NCBI GenBank assembly: GCA_046484865.1
Contig: JAWOID010000078.1
Location: 1-23,486 of the forward strand
Direction: 5' to 3'
Length of the DNA stretch: 23,486 nucleotides
Origin: Candidatus Krumholzibacteriia bacterium
GTDB taxonomy: Bacteria > Krumholzibacteriota > Krumholzibacteriia > LZORAL124-64-63
This document shows, one piece after another, positions 7,358-16,857 of this stretch; position 1 is the first letter of the stretch; every line of letters starts with the position of its first letter. The translations under genes were made by a program, and so were the position numbers. A model generated the notes under the pieces. The model saw only the letters and a list, made by a program, of their open reading frames with translations. It did not search any database and was not told where the DNA came from.

Positions 7358-9367
7358 GTGACGACCGCCCTGCGCCGCCTGACCGGACCGATGAGCTTCC
7401 TGCTGCCGCTGGCCGCCTACGTCGCCACGCTCGCGCCCACCGTGACCCTGGAGGACTCGGGGTCGTTCATCGTGGCGGCCCGGTTCCTGGGCGTGGCCCA
7501 TCCGCCGGGCTTTCCCCTGTGGTGCCTGCTGGCGCACGTCTTCACCGTCCTGCCGGTGGCGAGCGTCGCGGAGCGCGTGCACCTCAGCTCGGCCGTGTTC
7601 GCGGCCGCGGCCTGCTGGGTGGTGTACCTGATCGCTCTGCGGCGCACGGCGACTCCGTGGGCGGCGCTGGCGGCCGCTCTGGCACTGGGGTTTTCGCAGG
7701 TTCTCTGGTCGCAGGCGGTCATCGCCGAGGTCTACGCGCTCAACACCCTGTTCGCGGCCGTGCTGCTCTACCTCGCCCTGCGCTGGCGGGAGGGCGGCTC
7801 GGAGCGCTGGCTCCACCTGCTGGCCCTCGCGTCGGGCCTGGCCCTGGCGGGTCACACCATGAGCGTGCTGGTGCTCGTGGCGGTGTGGCCCTGGGCGCTC
7901 GCCGACCGGCGGCTCTGGCCGCTGCGGCCGTCACGCCTGGCGACGCTCGCGGCGCTGGGAGCGGTGGGACTGACGGTCTACCTCTACCTGCCGCTGCGCG
8001 CACGGGCCGACCCGCCGGTGAACTGGCACGACCCCGAGACGCTCTCGGCCGTGATCGCCCACATCCGTCGCGCCGCCTACCTGACGCAGGCGGAGCAGGC
8101 GCGGTACCTGGGAACGACGCAGGCCGTCGTGCAGCACACCCTCGACGCCTGGCGGCAGTCGGCGGGCGCCATCGGCGTGCCGCTGGCGGCGCTCGCCCTC
8201 GGCGGACTGGCTCTCTGCTGGCGGCGCGGCCGGGGCTTCGCGCTGGTCACGCTCGCCGTGTTCCTGCTGCACACGCTCGCCTTCAACGCGTACGTGCACG
8301 CCCAGTTCACGCCCGTCTGGCGGTTCGCTCACCGCGTCTATTACATCCCCGCGCACCTGTCGCTCGCGCTCTGGCTCGCACCGGCGCTGGCCTGGCTGGG
8401 CGCGGGCGGATGGTGGCGGAACCAGGTGCCGGCGCGCCGGCGGCACCGCGGCTGGCGCGCGGTCGTCGTGGCGTTGACAGTCGCCTGGTTCGTGGTGATG
8501 GGGCTGCGGCACGCCGGCACGGCAGGCCTGCGGGGCGAGGATCTGGGCCGGCGTTTCGGGCTGGACGTCATGAGCGTGCTGCCGCCGCAGGCCGGCATCC
8601 TGCCCGTGGGCGATCTGGTCGTGTTCACGAGCCTGTACCTGAAGACGGTGGAGGGCGTCCGCGCCGATGTGCAGGTCCTGGCTCCCTCGTTCGGCTGGCG
8701 CGGCGAACCGGTGAGTCGGTTCTTCGGGATCCAACCGCTCACCCCGGCCCTCGTGGCCGATTTCCCGTGGCTGGACGGTCTGACCGCCGCCCCGTTCGGC
8801 CTCGGCTACCTGTACGTGCCGCCCGAGCAGGCGAGGTCGGTGCCCTTCGTCACGATCGACGAGACGCCGGAACCGGCGCGGCTCCTCGGTGACGGCCGTG
8901 CTCCGCCGGGCGGGATGGCCGGCGCGGTGCTGCACGGGCCTGTTCTCGACGCGCTGTTCCTCGCGGACGCCTCGCCACCGGACCCGTTCCAGGCGGCCGT
9001 CCGTCACGTGTATGCCGGCTATCACGCCCGGAACGGCGAACGTCTGCTGGCAGAAGGCGATGTCGCGGCGGGGCTGGAGCAACTCGACCTCGCCGAGAGG
9101 CTCGGGCACGACGACGCCCACGTCCTCCATCAGATTGCACTGGTCTACCTGGCGAATGCGCAGCGGCGCGAGCGGGTGCCGGCGCTCGTCCGCCAGGCGC
9201 GGGATGCGCTGCGCGACGTGGACCCGGCGGCTTACCGCTACTATCCGGTGGGGCCCGCCGATCTCGACCGGATCGACCGTCTCGATCGTCTCGACCGGCC
9301 CGGCGGACCGGCTGACGGAGGCAGCCCGCCCGGCGCGTCCGGGCTAGCGCCCGACCTGCCGCAGTGA
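7358..9367 (+). CDS. DUF2723 / TMEM260-like polytopic membrane glycosyltransferase (putative protein O-mannosyltransferase family) with helical TPR-like C-terminus
   Basis: TVTLEDSG..LGVAHPPGFPLW, WSQAVIAEVYALN and YLYLPLRA..PPVNWHDP motifs, with many hydrophobic helices. Start could be GTG 7358 or the downstream ATG. Confidence 0.82.
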   Translation: MTTALRRLTGPMSFLLPLAAYVATLAPTVTLEDSGSFIVAARFLGVAHPPGFPLWCLLAHVFTVLPVASVAERVHLSSAVFAAAACWVVYLIALRRTATPWAALAAALALGFSQVLWSQAVIAEVYALNTLFAAVLLYLALRWREGGSERWLHLLALASGLALAGHTMSVLVLVAVWPWALADRRLWPLRPSRLATLAALGAVGLTVYLYLPLRARADPPVNWHDPETLSAVIAHIRRAAYLTQAEQARYLGTTQAVVQHTLDAWRQSAGAIGVPLAALALGGLALCWRRGRGFALVTLAVFLLHTLAFNAYVHAQFTPVWRFAHRVYYIPAHLSLALWLAPALAWLGAGGWWRNQVPARRRHRGWRAVVVALTVAWFVVMGLRHAGTAGLRGEDLGRRFGLDVMSVLPPQAGILPVGDLVVFTSLYLKTVEGVRADVQVLAPSFGWRGEPVSRFFGIQPLTPALVADFPWLDGLTAAPFGLGYLYVPPEQARSVPFVTIDETPEPARLLGDGRAPPGGMAGAVLHGPVLDALFLADASPPDPFQAAVRHVYAGYHARNGERLLAEGDVAAGLEQLDLAERLGHDDAHVLHQIALVYLANAQRRERVPALVRQARDALRDVDPAAYRYYPVGPADLDRIDRLDRLDRPGGPADGGSPPGASGLAPDLPQ

Positions 9368-9493
9368 CTTCTGGTAGGATTTCCAGCCCGGACAGATCTT
9401 CGTGTGCCACCGCCAGAGGCGGGACAGGAATCCGTCCGGGTTCGCCTCGGCACGCAGCCGCCAGGCGCATTCGTCGCACCGATGCGCCATATT

Positions 9494-9859
9494 TCAGCTC
9501 GCTCGCCGTTCGGCTTCCGCCTCGGCGGTCTCGAGGGCCAGACGCACCCTCCGGATGACATGGATGTCGAAGGGACCGTGGCTCTCCTCGTCGTACTCGC
9601 GAATGGCCATGATGAGAGCCACCGAACCCTCGGCCACCAGATCCATGAACTCGAGCCCGCCGGCGTACTGCTGCCGGGCAAGCTCGACCATGAGCGGCCG
9701 GGTGGCCTTGAAAACGTGGTCGAGCGCGTCGCCGTCACCGTTCCGCGCCTCGCGCAGCAACTTGCGCTGGCTCCGCGGATCCAGCGGACCGTGGCGATTG
9801 ACGAAACGCAGGTAATGCGCGACGGCGGGCTCGGCGAGCTGAACGCGGGGGTTATGCAT
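9494..9859 (-). CDS. Mini sigma-70-like protein (regions 1.2-2.4 only), 121 aa
   Basis: YL..23 aa..GD..LMVELAR..GLEFMDLVAEG..LI.AI..YD..F pattern is collinear with group 1/2 sigma regions 1.2-2. GAGAGG RBS before ATG 9859. Stop comes just after region 2.4. Confidence 0.75.
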   Translation of the reverse strand: MHNPRVQLAEPAVAHYLRFVNRHGPLDPRSQRKLLREARNGDGDALDHVFKATRPLMVELARQQYAGGLEFMDLVAEGSVALIMAIREYDEESHGPFDIHVIRRVRLALETAEAEAERRAS

Positions 9860-9891
9860 GACTCGGTCCTCTCGTCGCGTGATCGGTTTCT

Positions 9892-10269
9892 TCAAGCGCA
9901 CTCGGTATGCCGACTCAGGCCGACCTGCTCGCGGACCGCGGCCACGAGTTCCGAGAGATCGGCCGACTTCACCACGAGCGCATCGGCCATCTGCGCGGTG
10001 GCGGTACGGTCCAGATCGCTGTAGCCGGTGTTGACCACGATCGGGACCCGGTGGCGGTCGCGAATCCGCTGCATCAGTTCCAGTCCGCTCATGCCCGGTA
10101 TGCCGTAATCCAGCACCACCAGGTCCGGGCACGTCCTGGCGAGGGAACGCAGGCACTCGTCGGCGTCGGCGGCGGCCTCGGTGTCGAAGCCTTCGCGGCG
10201 CAACTCGAGCTCGTAGAGGAGCCGCAGATGCGGCTCGTCTTCTGCGATCAAGACCCTGATCTTGCGCAT
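9892..10269 (-). CDS. Single-domain response regulator (receiver only)
   Basis: VLIAEDE acidic pocket, phosphoacceptor VVLDYGIPGMSG, T in VNTGY, K in VVKS. GGAGGTG RBS. Confidence 0.92.
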   Translation of the reverse strand: MRKIRVLIAEDEPHLRLLYELELRREGFDTEAAADADECLRSLARTCPDLVVLDYGIPGMSGLELMQRIRDRHRVPIVVNTGYSDLDRTATAQMADALVVKSADLSELVAAVREQVGLSRHTECA

Positions 10270-10539
10270 CTCACCTCCAGCGACGCCCTCGGCGCGGGGT
10301 TCGGGGGCCGCGCGGGCGTGTTCAACTTGTACGCGACGGCGCCAGGGCGTTGTATCGGGCAGACCCCCAATGGGAGGGGTCGATTTCTCCCATGCTGCGA
10401 TCCGGTCGGGAGATGGTCAGCAACGACGGGCGCCACGACCTGGACGTGGACGGTTTGCCGGCCGGCGCGTAACTTGAGCGGTCCTCGGCCCCCCGGTGGG
10501 CCCCGCAACCGGCAGGACGTGCCCGGCCACGGAGGAGCG

Positions 10540-12723
10540 ATGCACCCCGACCCGATCCCTGCCCGGACTGCGCCGGCCGACCGCCACTTCGCCACGGTGG
10601 CCGGTGAATTGACCGTCTCGCCCCGCCAGGTGGCCGCCGCCGCGGCTCTGCTGGCCGAGGGCGCCACCGTCCCGTTCATCGCCCGGTACCGGAAAGAAGC
10701 CACCGGCAGCCTGGACGAGGTCGCCCTGACGGCGGTTCGCGACCGTCTGGAGCAGCTCGCGGAGCTGGAACGGCGCCGGGCGAGCATCCTGAAGTCGCTT
10801 CAGGATCAGGGCGTGATCACCGACGCGCTGCGCAGCGACGTGCTGGCCGCCGCCACGCTCACGCAGCTCGAGGACGTGTATCGCCCGTTCAAACCGAAGC
10901 GGCGCACGCGGGCGAGCATGGCCCGCGAACGCGGGCTGGCGCCGCTGGCCGAGTTGCTGCTCGCCCAGGACCGCGCCACCCGGCCGGACCAGGCGGCGGC
11001 CGCTCACGTCGACCCGGAACGTGGCGTGGACACCGTCGAGGATGCGCTGCGGGGCGCCCGGGACATCATCGCGGAGATCGTCAGCGACGACCCCGAGACT
11101 CGCGAGGAACTGCGCCGGCTGTACCGCAACGACGGCTCGCTGCGCTCGCAGGTGGCGCGCGGCAAGGAGCAGGACGGCGCCAAGTTCCGCGACTGGTTCG
11201 ACTGGCAGGAGCCCGCGGCCAGGGCCCCCTCGCACCGCATCCTGGCCCTCAGGAGGGGCGAGAAGGAGGACGTATTGCGTCTGTCGGTGGAGGTGCCCGA
11301 GGAGCGTGCGCTGGCCATCCTGCGCCGACGCTTCGTCAGGAACACGACCGCCGCGGCCGGCGAGGTGGACCTGGCCGTGGCCGACGGCTGGCGGCGGCTC
11401 CTCTCGCTCTCGATGGAGACCGAGATCCGGCTGGAGCTGAAGCAGCGGGCCGATCGCGAGGCCATCGCCGTCTTCGCCGCCAATCTGCGCGAACTGCTGC
11501 TGGCGGCCCCGCTGGGACAGAAACGGGTCCTGGCGCTCGACCCGGGTTTCCGCACCGGCTGCAAGCTGGTGTGTCTCGGCGCCCAGGGCGACCTGCTGCA
11601 TCACGACGCGATCTACCCGCACACCGGCGGGCCGCGAGCGCAGGAGGCGGGCACCGTCGTCCGGGCTCTGGTGAAGCGCTTCCAGGTGGAGGCCATCGCG
11701 GTGGGCAACGGCACGGCCGGACGCGAGACCGAGGCCTGGCTGAGCAGCCTGGACCTGCCGACCGCCGTACCGGTGGTGATGGTCAACGAGTCGGGCGCAA
11801 GCATCTACTCGGCCAGCGAGATCGCTCGTCGCGAGTTTCCCGACCACGACGTCACCGTGCGCGGCGCCGTGAGCATCGGCCGCCGCCTGCAGGATCCGCT
11901 GTCCGAGCTGGTGAAGCTGGATCCCAAGACGATCGGCGTGGGGCAGTACCAGCACGACGTGGACCAGCCGGCCCTGAGGCGCTCGCTGGACGACGTGGTG
12001 GTGAGCTGCGTCAATGCCGTGGGGGTGGACGTGAACACGGCCAGCGAGGCGCTCCTGACCTACGTCTCCGGTCTGGGCCCGCAGCTCGCCGCGAACATCG
12101 TGGCCCGTCGCACCGAGCAGGGCCCCTTCGAGGATCGGCGGTCGCTGCTGAAGGTGTCGCGGCTCGGTCCGAAGGCCTTCGAGCAGTGCGCCGGCTTCCT
12201 GAGGATCCCCGGCGCCGCCAATCCGCTCGACGCGAGCGCCGTGCACCCGGAGAGCTATCCGGTGGTGGAGGCGATGGCGCGAGACCTGGGTCGTGCGGTG
12301 GCCGACCTGCTGCGGGACGACGACCTGCGCAACCGGATCGACCTGCGCCGTTACCGCAGCGACTCGGTGGGTCTGCCCACGCTGGTGGACATCATGCGCG
12401 AACTGGCCAGGCCCGGGCGCGACCCCCGCGAGCGGTTCGAGCCGTTCGCCTTCGCGGCCGGAGTCGGCACCCTCGAGGACCTCGAGGTGGGAATGCGCCT
12501 GCCCGGCATCGTCACCAACGTGACCGACTTCGGTGCCTTCATCGACGTGGGCGTCCACCAGGACGGCCTCGCTCACGTCAGCCAGCTCGCCGATCGCTTC
12601 GTGCGCCACCCGAGCGAGGTGGTCAAGGTCCAGCAGCGCGTGCTGGCCACGGTGATCGGCGTCGACCGCCAGCGCGGACGGATCTCGCTGTCGCTGAAGG
12701 AGCCGGCCGAAGAGCCGCAGTAG
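10540..12723 (+). CDS. tex: Tex family RNA-binding transcription accessory protein (YqgF, HhH, S1 domains)
   Basis: GATVPFIARYRKEATGSLDEV, LALDPGFRTGCK, VNESGASIYSAS, IGVGQYQHDV, and S1 domain NVTDFGAFIDVGVHQDGLAHVS. GGAGGAG RBS before ATG 10540. Confidence 0.96.
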   Translation: MHPDPIPARTAPADRHFATVAGELTVSPRQVAAAAALLAEGATVPFIARYRKEATGSLDEVALTAVRDRLEQLAELERRRASILKSLQDQGVITDALRSDVLAAATLTQLEDVYRPFKPKRRTRASMARERGLAPLAELLLAQDRATRPDQAAAAHVDPERGVDTVEDALRGARDIIAEIVSDDPETREELRRLYRNDGSLRSQVARGKEQDGAKFRDWFDWQEPAARAPSHRILALRRGEKEDVLRLSVEVPEERALAILRRRFVRNTTAAAGEVDLAVADGWRRLLSLSMETEIRLELKQRADREAIAVFAANLRELLLAAPLGQKRVLALDPGFRTGCKLVCLGAQGDLLHHDAIYPHTGGPRAQEAGTVVRALVKRFQVEAIAVGNGTAGRETEAWLSSLDLPTAVPVVMVNESGASIYSASEIARREFPDHDVTVRGAVSIGRRLQDPLSELVKLDPKTIGVGQYQHDVDQPALRRSLDDVVVSCVNAVGVDVNTASEALLTYVSGLGPQLAANIVARRTEQGPFEDRRSLLKVSRLGPKAFEQCAGFLRIPGAANPLDASAVHPESYPVVEAMARDLGRAVADLLRDDDLRNRIDLRRYRSDSVGLPTLVDIMRELARPGRDPRERFEPFAFAAGVGTLEDLEVGMRLPGIVTNVTDFGAFIDVGVHQDGLAHVSQLADRFVRHPSEVVKVQQRVLATVIGVDRQRGRISLSLKEPAEEPQ

Positions 12724-12767
12724 GCGCGCCGGAGCCGGTGGCACGCTGGATCGGACTCTCGACCCGT

Positions 12768-13748
12768 TCAGTCCTGCGTGAACGAACGCCCGAAGGCCTT
12801 GTGGGTGAGCACAGGACAGGGCGCGCGGCGCACCACCTTCTCGGCCACGCTGCCCAGCAGGAAATGCGGCAGTCCGGTGAGCCCGTGGGTAGCGATGACC
12901 ACCGCGTCGCTGTGATGCTGCTCGGCGAAGGTCACGATGTCCCGCACGGCGCGGCCCTCCACCACGTGGTAGTCGATGGGCACGTCCGGACCATCCGCCT
13001 CCTCGGCCAGCTTCTCCAGGTTCTCGCGGCAGCGGTCGGCGAGCCGCGGGTCGAGTTGCAGCAGCGACGACTTGCCCGTGGTGTAGAACGCCGGGTGCAC
13101 GATCTGCTCGATGACGTGCAGCAGGTCGATGCGGGCCTGGGCCTGCGCCGCGAACACCCGCGCCATCTCCAGCGCGCGCGCCGAGTGCCGGGAGAAGTCC
13201 ACCGGCACCAGGAAACGCCGGCCTTCGCTGAGCATCCGCGCCCCCACGCCCTCGCGGACCGTCAGGACGGGGCAGTCGGCGTAGCGGACCACCTCCTCCG
13301 CGGCGCTCCCGAGCAGCAGATGGCTGGCGCCGCGGCGGCCGTGGGTGCCCATGACGATCAGGTCGGGTTGCAGGCGCCTGGCGTGGTCGAGGATCCCGTC
13401 GGCGGCCGACGTGGCGCGCCGCTGCGCCGTCACGATCCTGGCGATCGACGCCGCCGGCACCCGGCCGGGAACCGCGTCGCGCGCGCCGTCTCGCTGGACC
13501 CCGCCGGCCACGCCTTGCAGATCGAGCAGTTGCTGCTCGGCGTACGTCTCGGCGCGGTTCGCGATCTCCCGCTCGAGTTCGCGCAGACGCGCGTCGTTGC
13601 CGTCGGGACCGTGCTCGTGCAGAACCAGGGCATGGAAGACGTGCAGTTCCGCCCCGGCGGCGGCTGCGATCTCCACCGCCGCCGGCATCGCCTGCTGCGC
13701 CGCGGCCGAAAAGTCGGTGGGAAAGAGCACCTGTTCCAGACGTCGCAT
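12768..13748 (-). CDS. Tandem-domain universal stress protein
   Basis: Two Usp repeats: VLFPTDFS...DLIVMGTHGRRG...LLGSAAEEVVRYADCPVLTV and LVPVDFS...IATHGLTG...LLGSVAEKVVRRAPCPVLT. GGAGG RBS fits ATG 13748 best (alternative 13754). Confidence 0.92.
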   Translation of the reverse strand: MRRLEQVLFPTDFSAAAQQAMPAAVEIAAAAGAELHVFHALVLHEHGPDGNDARLRELEREIANRAETYAEQQLLDLQGVAGGVQRDGARDAVPGRVPAASIARIVTAQRRATSAADGILDHARRLQPDLIVMGTHGRRGASHLLLGSAAEEVVRYADCPVLTVREGVGARMLSEGRRFLVPVDFSRHSARALEMARVFAAQAQARIDLLHVIEQIVHPAFYTTGKSSLLQLDPRLADRCRENLEKLAEEADGPDVPIDYHVVEGRAVRDIVTFAEQHHSDAVVIATHGLTGLPHFLLGSVAEKVVRRAPCPVLTHKAFGRSFTQD

Positions 13749-13948
13749 GGACATGCCTCCGGTGAAACGCTGCCTCGGCGAGGTCGCGTTCGCGTGCCAC
13801 TGCCGGGCCGAGTTCGCGCCGATGCGGCCCCGCAGTCCCAGTGTACCCGGCAACCGAGGCGGCCCGCCAGGGCGGCCGGTGTCGTGGCCTCGGGACCTGG
13901 CCCGCACCGGCTCGCCGGCACGGCGCCCGAGGATCGGCGCGTATGGGC

Positions 13949-13993
13949 CAGCGCCTGCGGGTCAGCGCCTGCGGGTCAGCGCCTGCGGGTCAG
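13949..13993. repeat. Perfect 14-bp tandem repeat x3 (CAGCGCCTGCGGGT)
   Basis: Units at 13949, 13963 and 13977 plus a partial CAG. Overlaps the stop codon of the DUF5916 gene. Confidence 0.92.
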
Positions 13994-16815
13994 ATCGAGA
14001 ACCAGTAGGTCAGCTTCACCAGGACGCGGTTCTGCGGCTCGTTCTGCAGCAAGGGACCGCTGTCGAGCCCGGACGCGAGCCTGCGACCTTCGGGCAGGTC
14101 GCCACGCTCCAGGTAGCTGTCGCGGCTGTGGCTCCAGACGAGGAAGAACGCGGATCCCGGCCGATACTCCCAGCGGTACACCAGGTTCAGATTCACGGCC
14201 CCGAAGGTGAAGTCGTGGTCTGCGACATCGAAACCGGGTGCGGCGAAGGGCCGGAGATCGAAGCTCTCCGGTCGCGCCAGCGATCGCGGGTCGAAGTAGT
14301 CGCCGACGGTGAGGAACGGCTGCAGGTACAGTTCCAGCGACCGGCGCCGGTCCAGCAGCAGGTTGGTGCGCAAGGTCAGGTCCCACGTGCGCTGCTCGAT
14401 GTGGCTGAAGACGTAGCTCACCCCGCCGATCCCCTCGTCGGGCGTGGCGAGGTTCGTCAGCCACTGATCGGTGCCGTCGTAGCGCTCGTGGCGCAGCGAG
14501 ACGCTCCCGGCGAGATGATCGCCGAAGGTCCAGTCGAGGCCGCCGCTCACGCTGCGGCGCACGGACCCCGACCCGGTCTCGGCATAGGTGCCATCGACGC
14601 GCAGACGCAGAGGACGCCGCCAGTCCGAGCTGATTCCGGCCCAGGCTCCACCCGCTGACGGCGTGGCCAGAAGCGGCCCGCGCTCGCCTGCGAAGGTGCG
14701 CGTGGCGTATTTGGAGATCCCGTCCGACTGGATCCAGGCGCCGCCGTTCAGCCGCCAGAAGTTGCGGGTCTGCCACTGCGTGCTGGTCTCCAGATGGGCC
14801 AGGGCCGGCTTGCCGGCGCCGTACGACCAGAGCAGGTCGCCGGTGGTGTCGCGTCGCTCGCTGCCTGCGTAGAGCCAGTCGCGGCTCGCCTCGATCTGCA
14901 CCCGGCCGCTGTTGAACAGGCCGCCCGGCCTGCCGTCGCGATCGTGGTTCCAGGCCACCCAGCCGTACGCGCTGATCTGATCGCTGGTCGAGAGGAAGCC
15001 GAGGTCGTTCAGGTCCAGGCGATCCGTCTTCCAGTGGCCGAACAGTCCGCCTTGCCAGCGTCCGCCGATCTTCGCCACGTCGAAGGTGCCACCGGTGCCA
15101 TGGCGGGCGGAGTGGTCGAACGTCGCGAGGACGGCCTGGTCCACGCCTGCGCCGGCGGCCAGCGGCGCAGGGTCCACCACCGAGCCGACCAGGCTGCCCT
15201 GGACGCGGTAGGTGCGCTCGGCGAAGTGCAACTGGAAGTCGAGGCCCGTGGTCCAGGCGTCGCGCGCCGGGATCACCCCGCCGTCGTCGCCGAGACGGCT
15301 GTCGCGGTTGCGCGCGACGGCGGTCTGCATGAGATGCACCCGGTGGTCGCCGCCGCTGAACTCCTTGCCCAGGCGCACCACTCCGTACCAGGTGCGATCG
15401 TCGCCGGCCGCGAACGGGTTCTGGATGCCGTCGCCCGCCGTGACGTCGGTCTGGGCGGCGAGGGCGGCCACCGAGATGCCCCGACGCGTCTTCCCGGTGA
15501 GCTTGCCGGCCACGCGGATGCGCGCGTTCTCGCCGCCCGTGCCGATCCGGCGGCTGTAGAACAGGCGGAAGCTCGGATGCTCGAAGAAGCGCGCCCCCTC
15601 GACGAAGAACGGGCGCTTCTCGCTGTAGAACGTCTCGAAGGGCGAGAGGTTCAGGAGCGCCGGATCGGACTCGACCTGGCCGAAGTCCGGCTGGATGGTG
15701 GCATTGAGCGTGAGGTCGGCAGTCAGCCCGTACTTCAGGTCGAGACCGGCGTTGCGAGCGTCTTGCCAGGCGTCATCGGCCGGAGGGGCCGCCGGATCGG
15801 TGCCGCCCGCGACCACGTACGGCACCAGCTCGAGGCTGCGGGCCGCCGGTATGCCGGCGAGCCCGGTGAGCGCCCCCCAGCGGCTCACGAACCCGGATGC
15901 ATGGCGGTCCCAGATGACCCAGGCCGTGTCCTCGCCGCGGCCGTGCATCCAGCGGTAGACCTGCAGGCCCCAGCTCATCTCCTCGGCCGGCCGGTATCGC
16001 ATCGCCGAGAACGGGATGCGCACTTCCAGGTACCACCCGTGCTCGTCATGGCTGGTCTCCGCCTGCCAGACCGCGTCCCAGTCCCGGTCACGTTCGCCGT
16101 CGGCGAAGAGATAGTGGTCCTCCTGCACGCCGTGGCGGTTCACGCGGAAGTTGTAGCCGGTGACATGGTCGTGGTACGGGTCGACGTAGATGCTCACGAA
16201 GTCCGAGTCGGCGAGCTGGTCCCGTCTCGACAGCCGGCTGCTCGTACGGTCCGGATCCCGCTCGTAGCACGCCGCGCCGAGGTACAGCGCCTCGTCGTCG
16301 TACACGATCTTGAAGACGGTCTCCTCGGTGGCGGGCGCGCCGCGGATGGGATCGAACTGCATGAAGCCGCGTGCCGCCGGGGCGAGCCGCCAGCCGGCGT
16401 CGTCCAGACAGCCGTCCAGCACGACGGCGCCGGCATCGACGCGTTGCGCCCGCAGCACCGGCGGCTGGGTGCAGCGGCCGTCGGCGAGGTCGGGAACCGG
16501 CGAATCGGGGACATGGGGTTCGAAACCGAGCATGGGGCGGGGCACCCCGGGAATGCCGACCTCACGCCCCGCCGACCACGCCGGCGACGCCACCGAGAGC
16601 GTGGCGAGGAGCAGCAGGCACCAGGACAGCGGACCGCTCCGGGCCGCTCCCGGTGCCGAGGACCCGCTGCCTGGCGCGATCGTCCATCCGGGGTGCAAGG
16701 CGGGGCTCCTTCCCGACCCGATACGGTGTCCGGGAGGCGGTTCCGAAACAGGGGTCCGGGGTGCGAATGGCCGGTGCGAATATCGTCCGGCGCGCGTCAC
16801 CGGGCAACGTTCCAT
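13990..16815 (-). CDS. CBM9-like sugar-binding domain + DUF5916 outer-membrane beta-barrel protein
   Basis: LDGCLDDAGW, YDDEALYLG, DWDAVW..GWYLEVRIPFSAMRY, LTLNATIQPDFGQVESDP..NLSPFETFYSEKRPFFVEG, LFYSRRIG, NLVYRWEYRPGS, and C-terminal KLTYWFSI. A signal-like segment lies around aa 62-81, so the true start may be downstream of 16815. Confidence 0.85.
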   Translation of the reverse strand: MERCPVTRAGRYSHRPFAPRTPVSEPPPGHRIGSGRSPALHPGWTIAPGSGSSAPGAARSGPLSWCLLLLATLSVASPAWSAGREVGIPGVPRPMLGFEPHVPDSPVPDLADGRCTQPPVLRAQRVDAGAVVLDGCLDDAGWRLAPAARGFMQFDPIRGAPATEETVFKIVYDDEALYLGAACYERDPDRTSSRLSRRDQLADSDFVSIYVDPYHDHVTGYNFRVNRHGVQEDHYLFADGERDRDWDAVWQAETSHDEHGWYLEVRIPFSAMRYRPAEEMSWGLQVYRWMHGRGEDTAWVIWDRHASGFVSRWGALTGLAGIPAARSLELVPYVVAGGTDPAAPPADDAWQDARNAGLDLKYGLTADLTLNATIQPDFGQVESDPALLNLSPFETFYSEKRPFFVEGARFFEHPSFRLFYSRRIGTGGENARIRVAGKLTGKTRRGISVAALAAQTDVTAGDGIQNPFAAGDDRTWYGVVRLGKEFSGGDHRVHLMQTAVARNRDSRLGDDGGVIPARDAWTTGLDFQLHFAERTYRVQGSLVGSVVDPAPLAAGAGVDQAVLATFDHSARHGTGGTFDVAKIGGRWQGGLFGHWKTDRLDLNDLGFLSTSDQISAYGWVAWNHDRDGRPGGLFNSGRVQIEASRDWLYAGSERRDTTGDLLWSYGAGKPALAHLETSTQWQTRNFWRLNGGAWIQSDGISKYATRTFAGERGPLLATPSAGGAWAGISSDWRRPLRLRVDGTYAETGSGSVRRSVSGGLDWTFGDHLAGSVSLRHERYDGTDQWLTNLATPDEGIGGVSYVFSHIEQRTWDLTLRTNLLLDRRRSLELYLQPFLTVGDYFDPRSLARPESFDLRPFAAPGFDVADHDFTFGAVNLNLVYRWEYRPGSAFFLVWSHSRDSYLERGDLPEGRRLASGLDSGPLLQNEPQNRVLVKLTYWFSI

Positions 16816-16857
16816 GCTGGATCGCTGCCCGGCCTGGCGTGCCGGAACGGGCCGGGA

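Noticed and set aside
9907..10539. N-terminal extension of Tex in the ORF track
   Set aside because: It overlaps the receiver gene in antisense. The strong RBS and Tex homology start at 10540.
10417..13800. 1127-aa minus-strand ORF and 879-aa plus-strand ORF (11571..14210)
   Set aside because: Shadow or alternative frames of tex and usp, with no recognisable motifs; expected at this GC content.
13786..13800. TGGCACG on the minus strand upstream of usp as a sigma54 promoter
   Set aside because: GG-to-GC spacing is 9 nt rather than 10, and there is no TTGC element.
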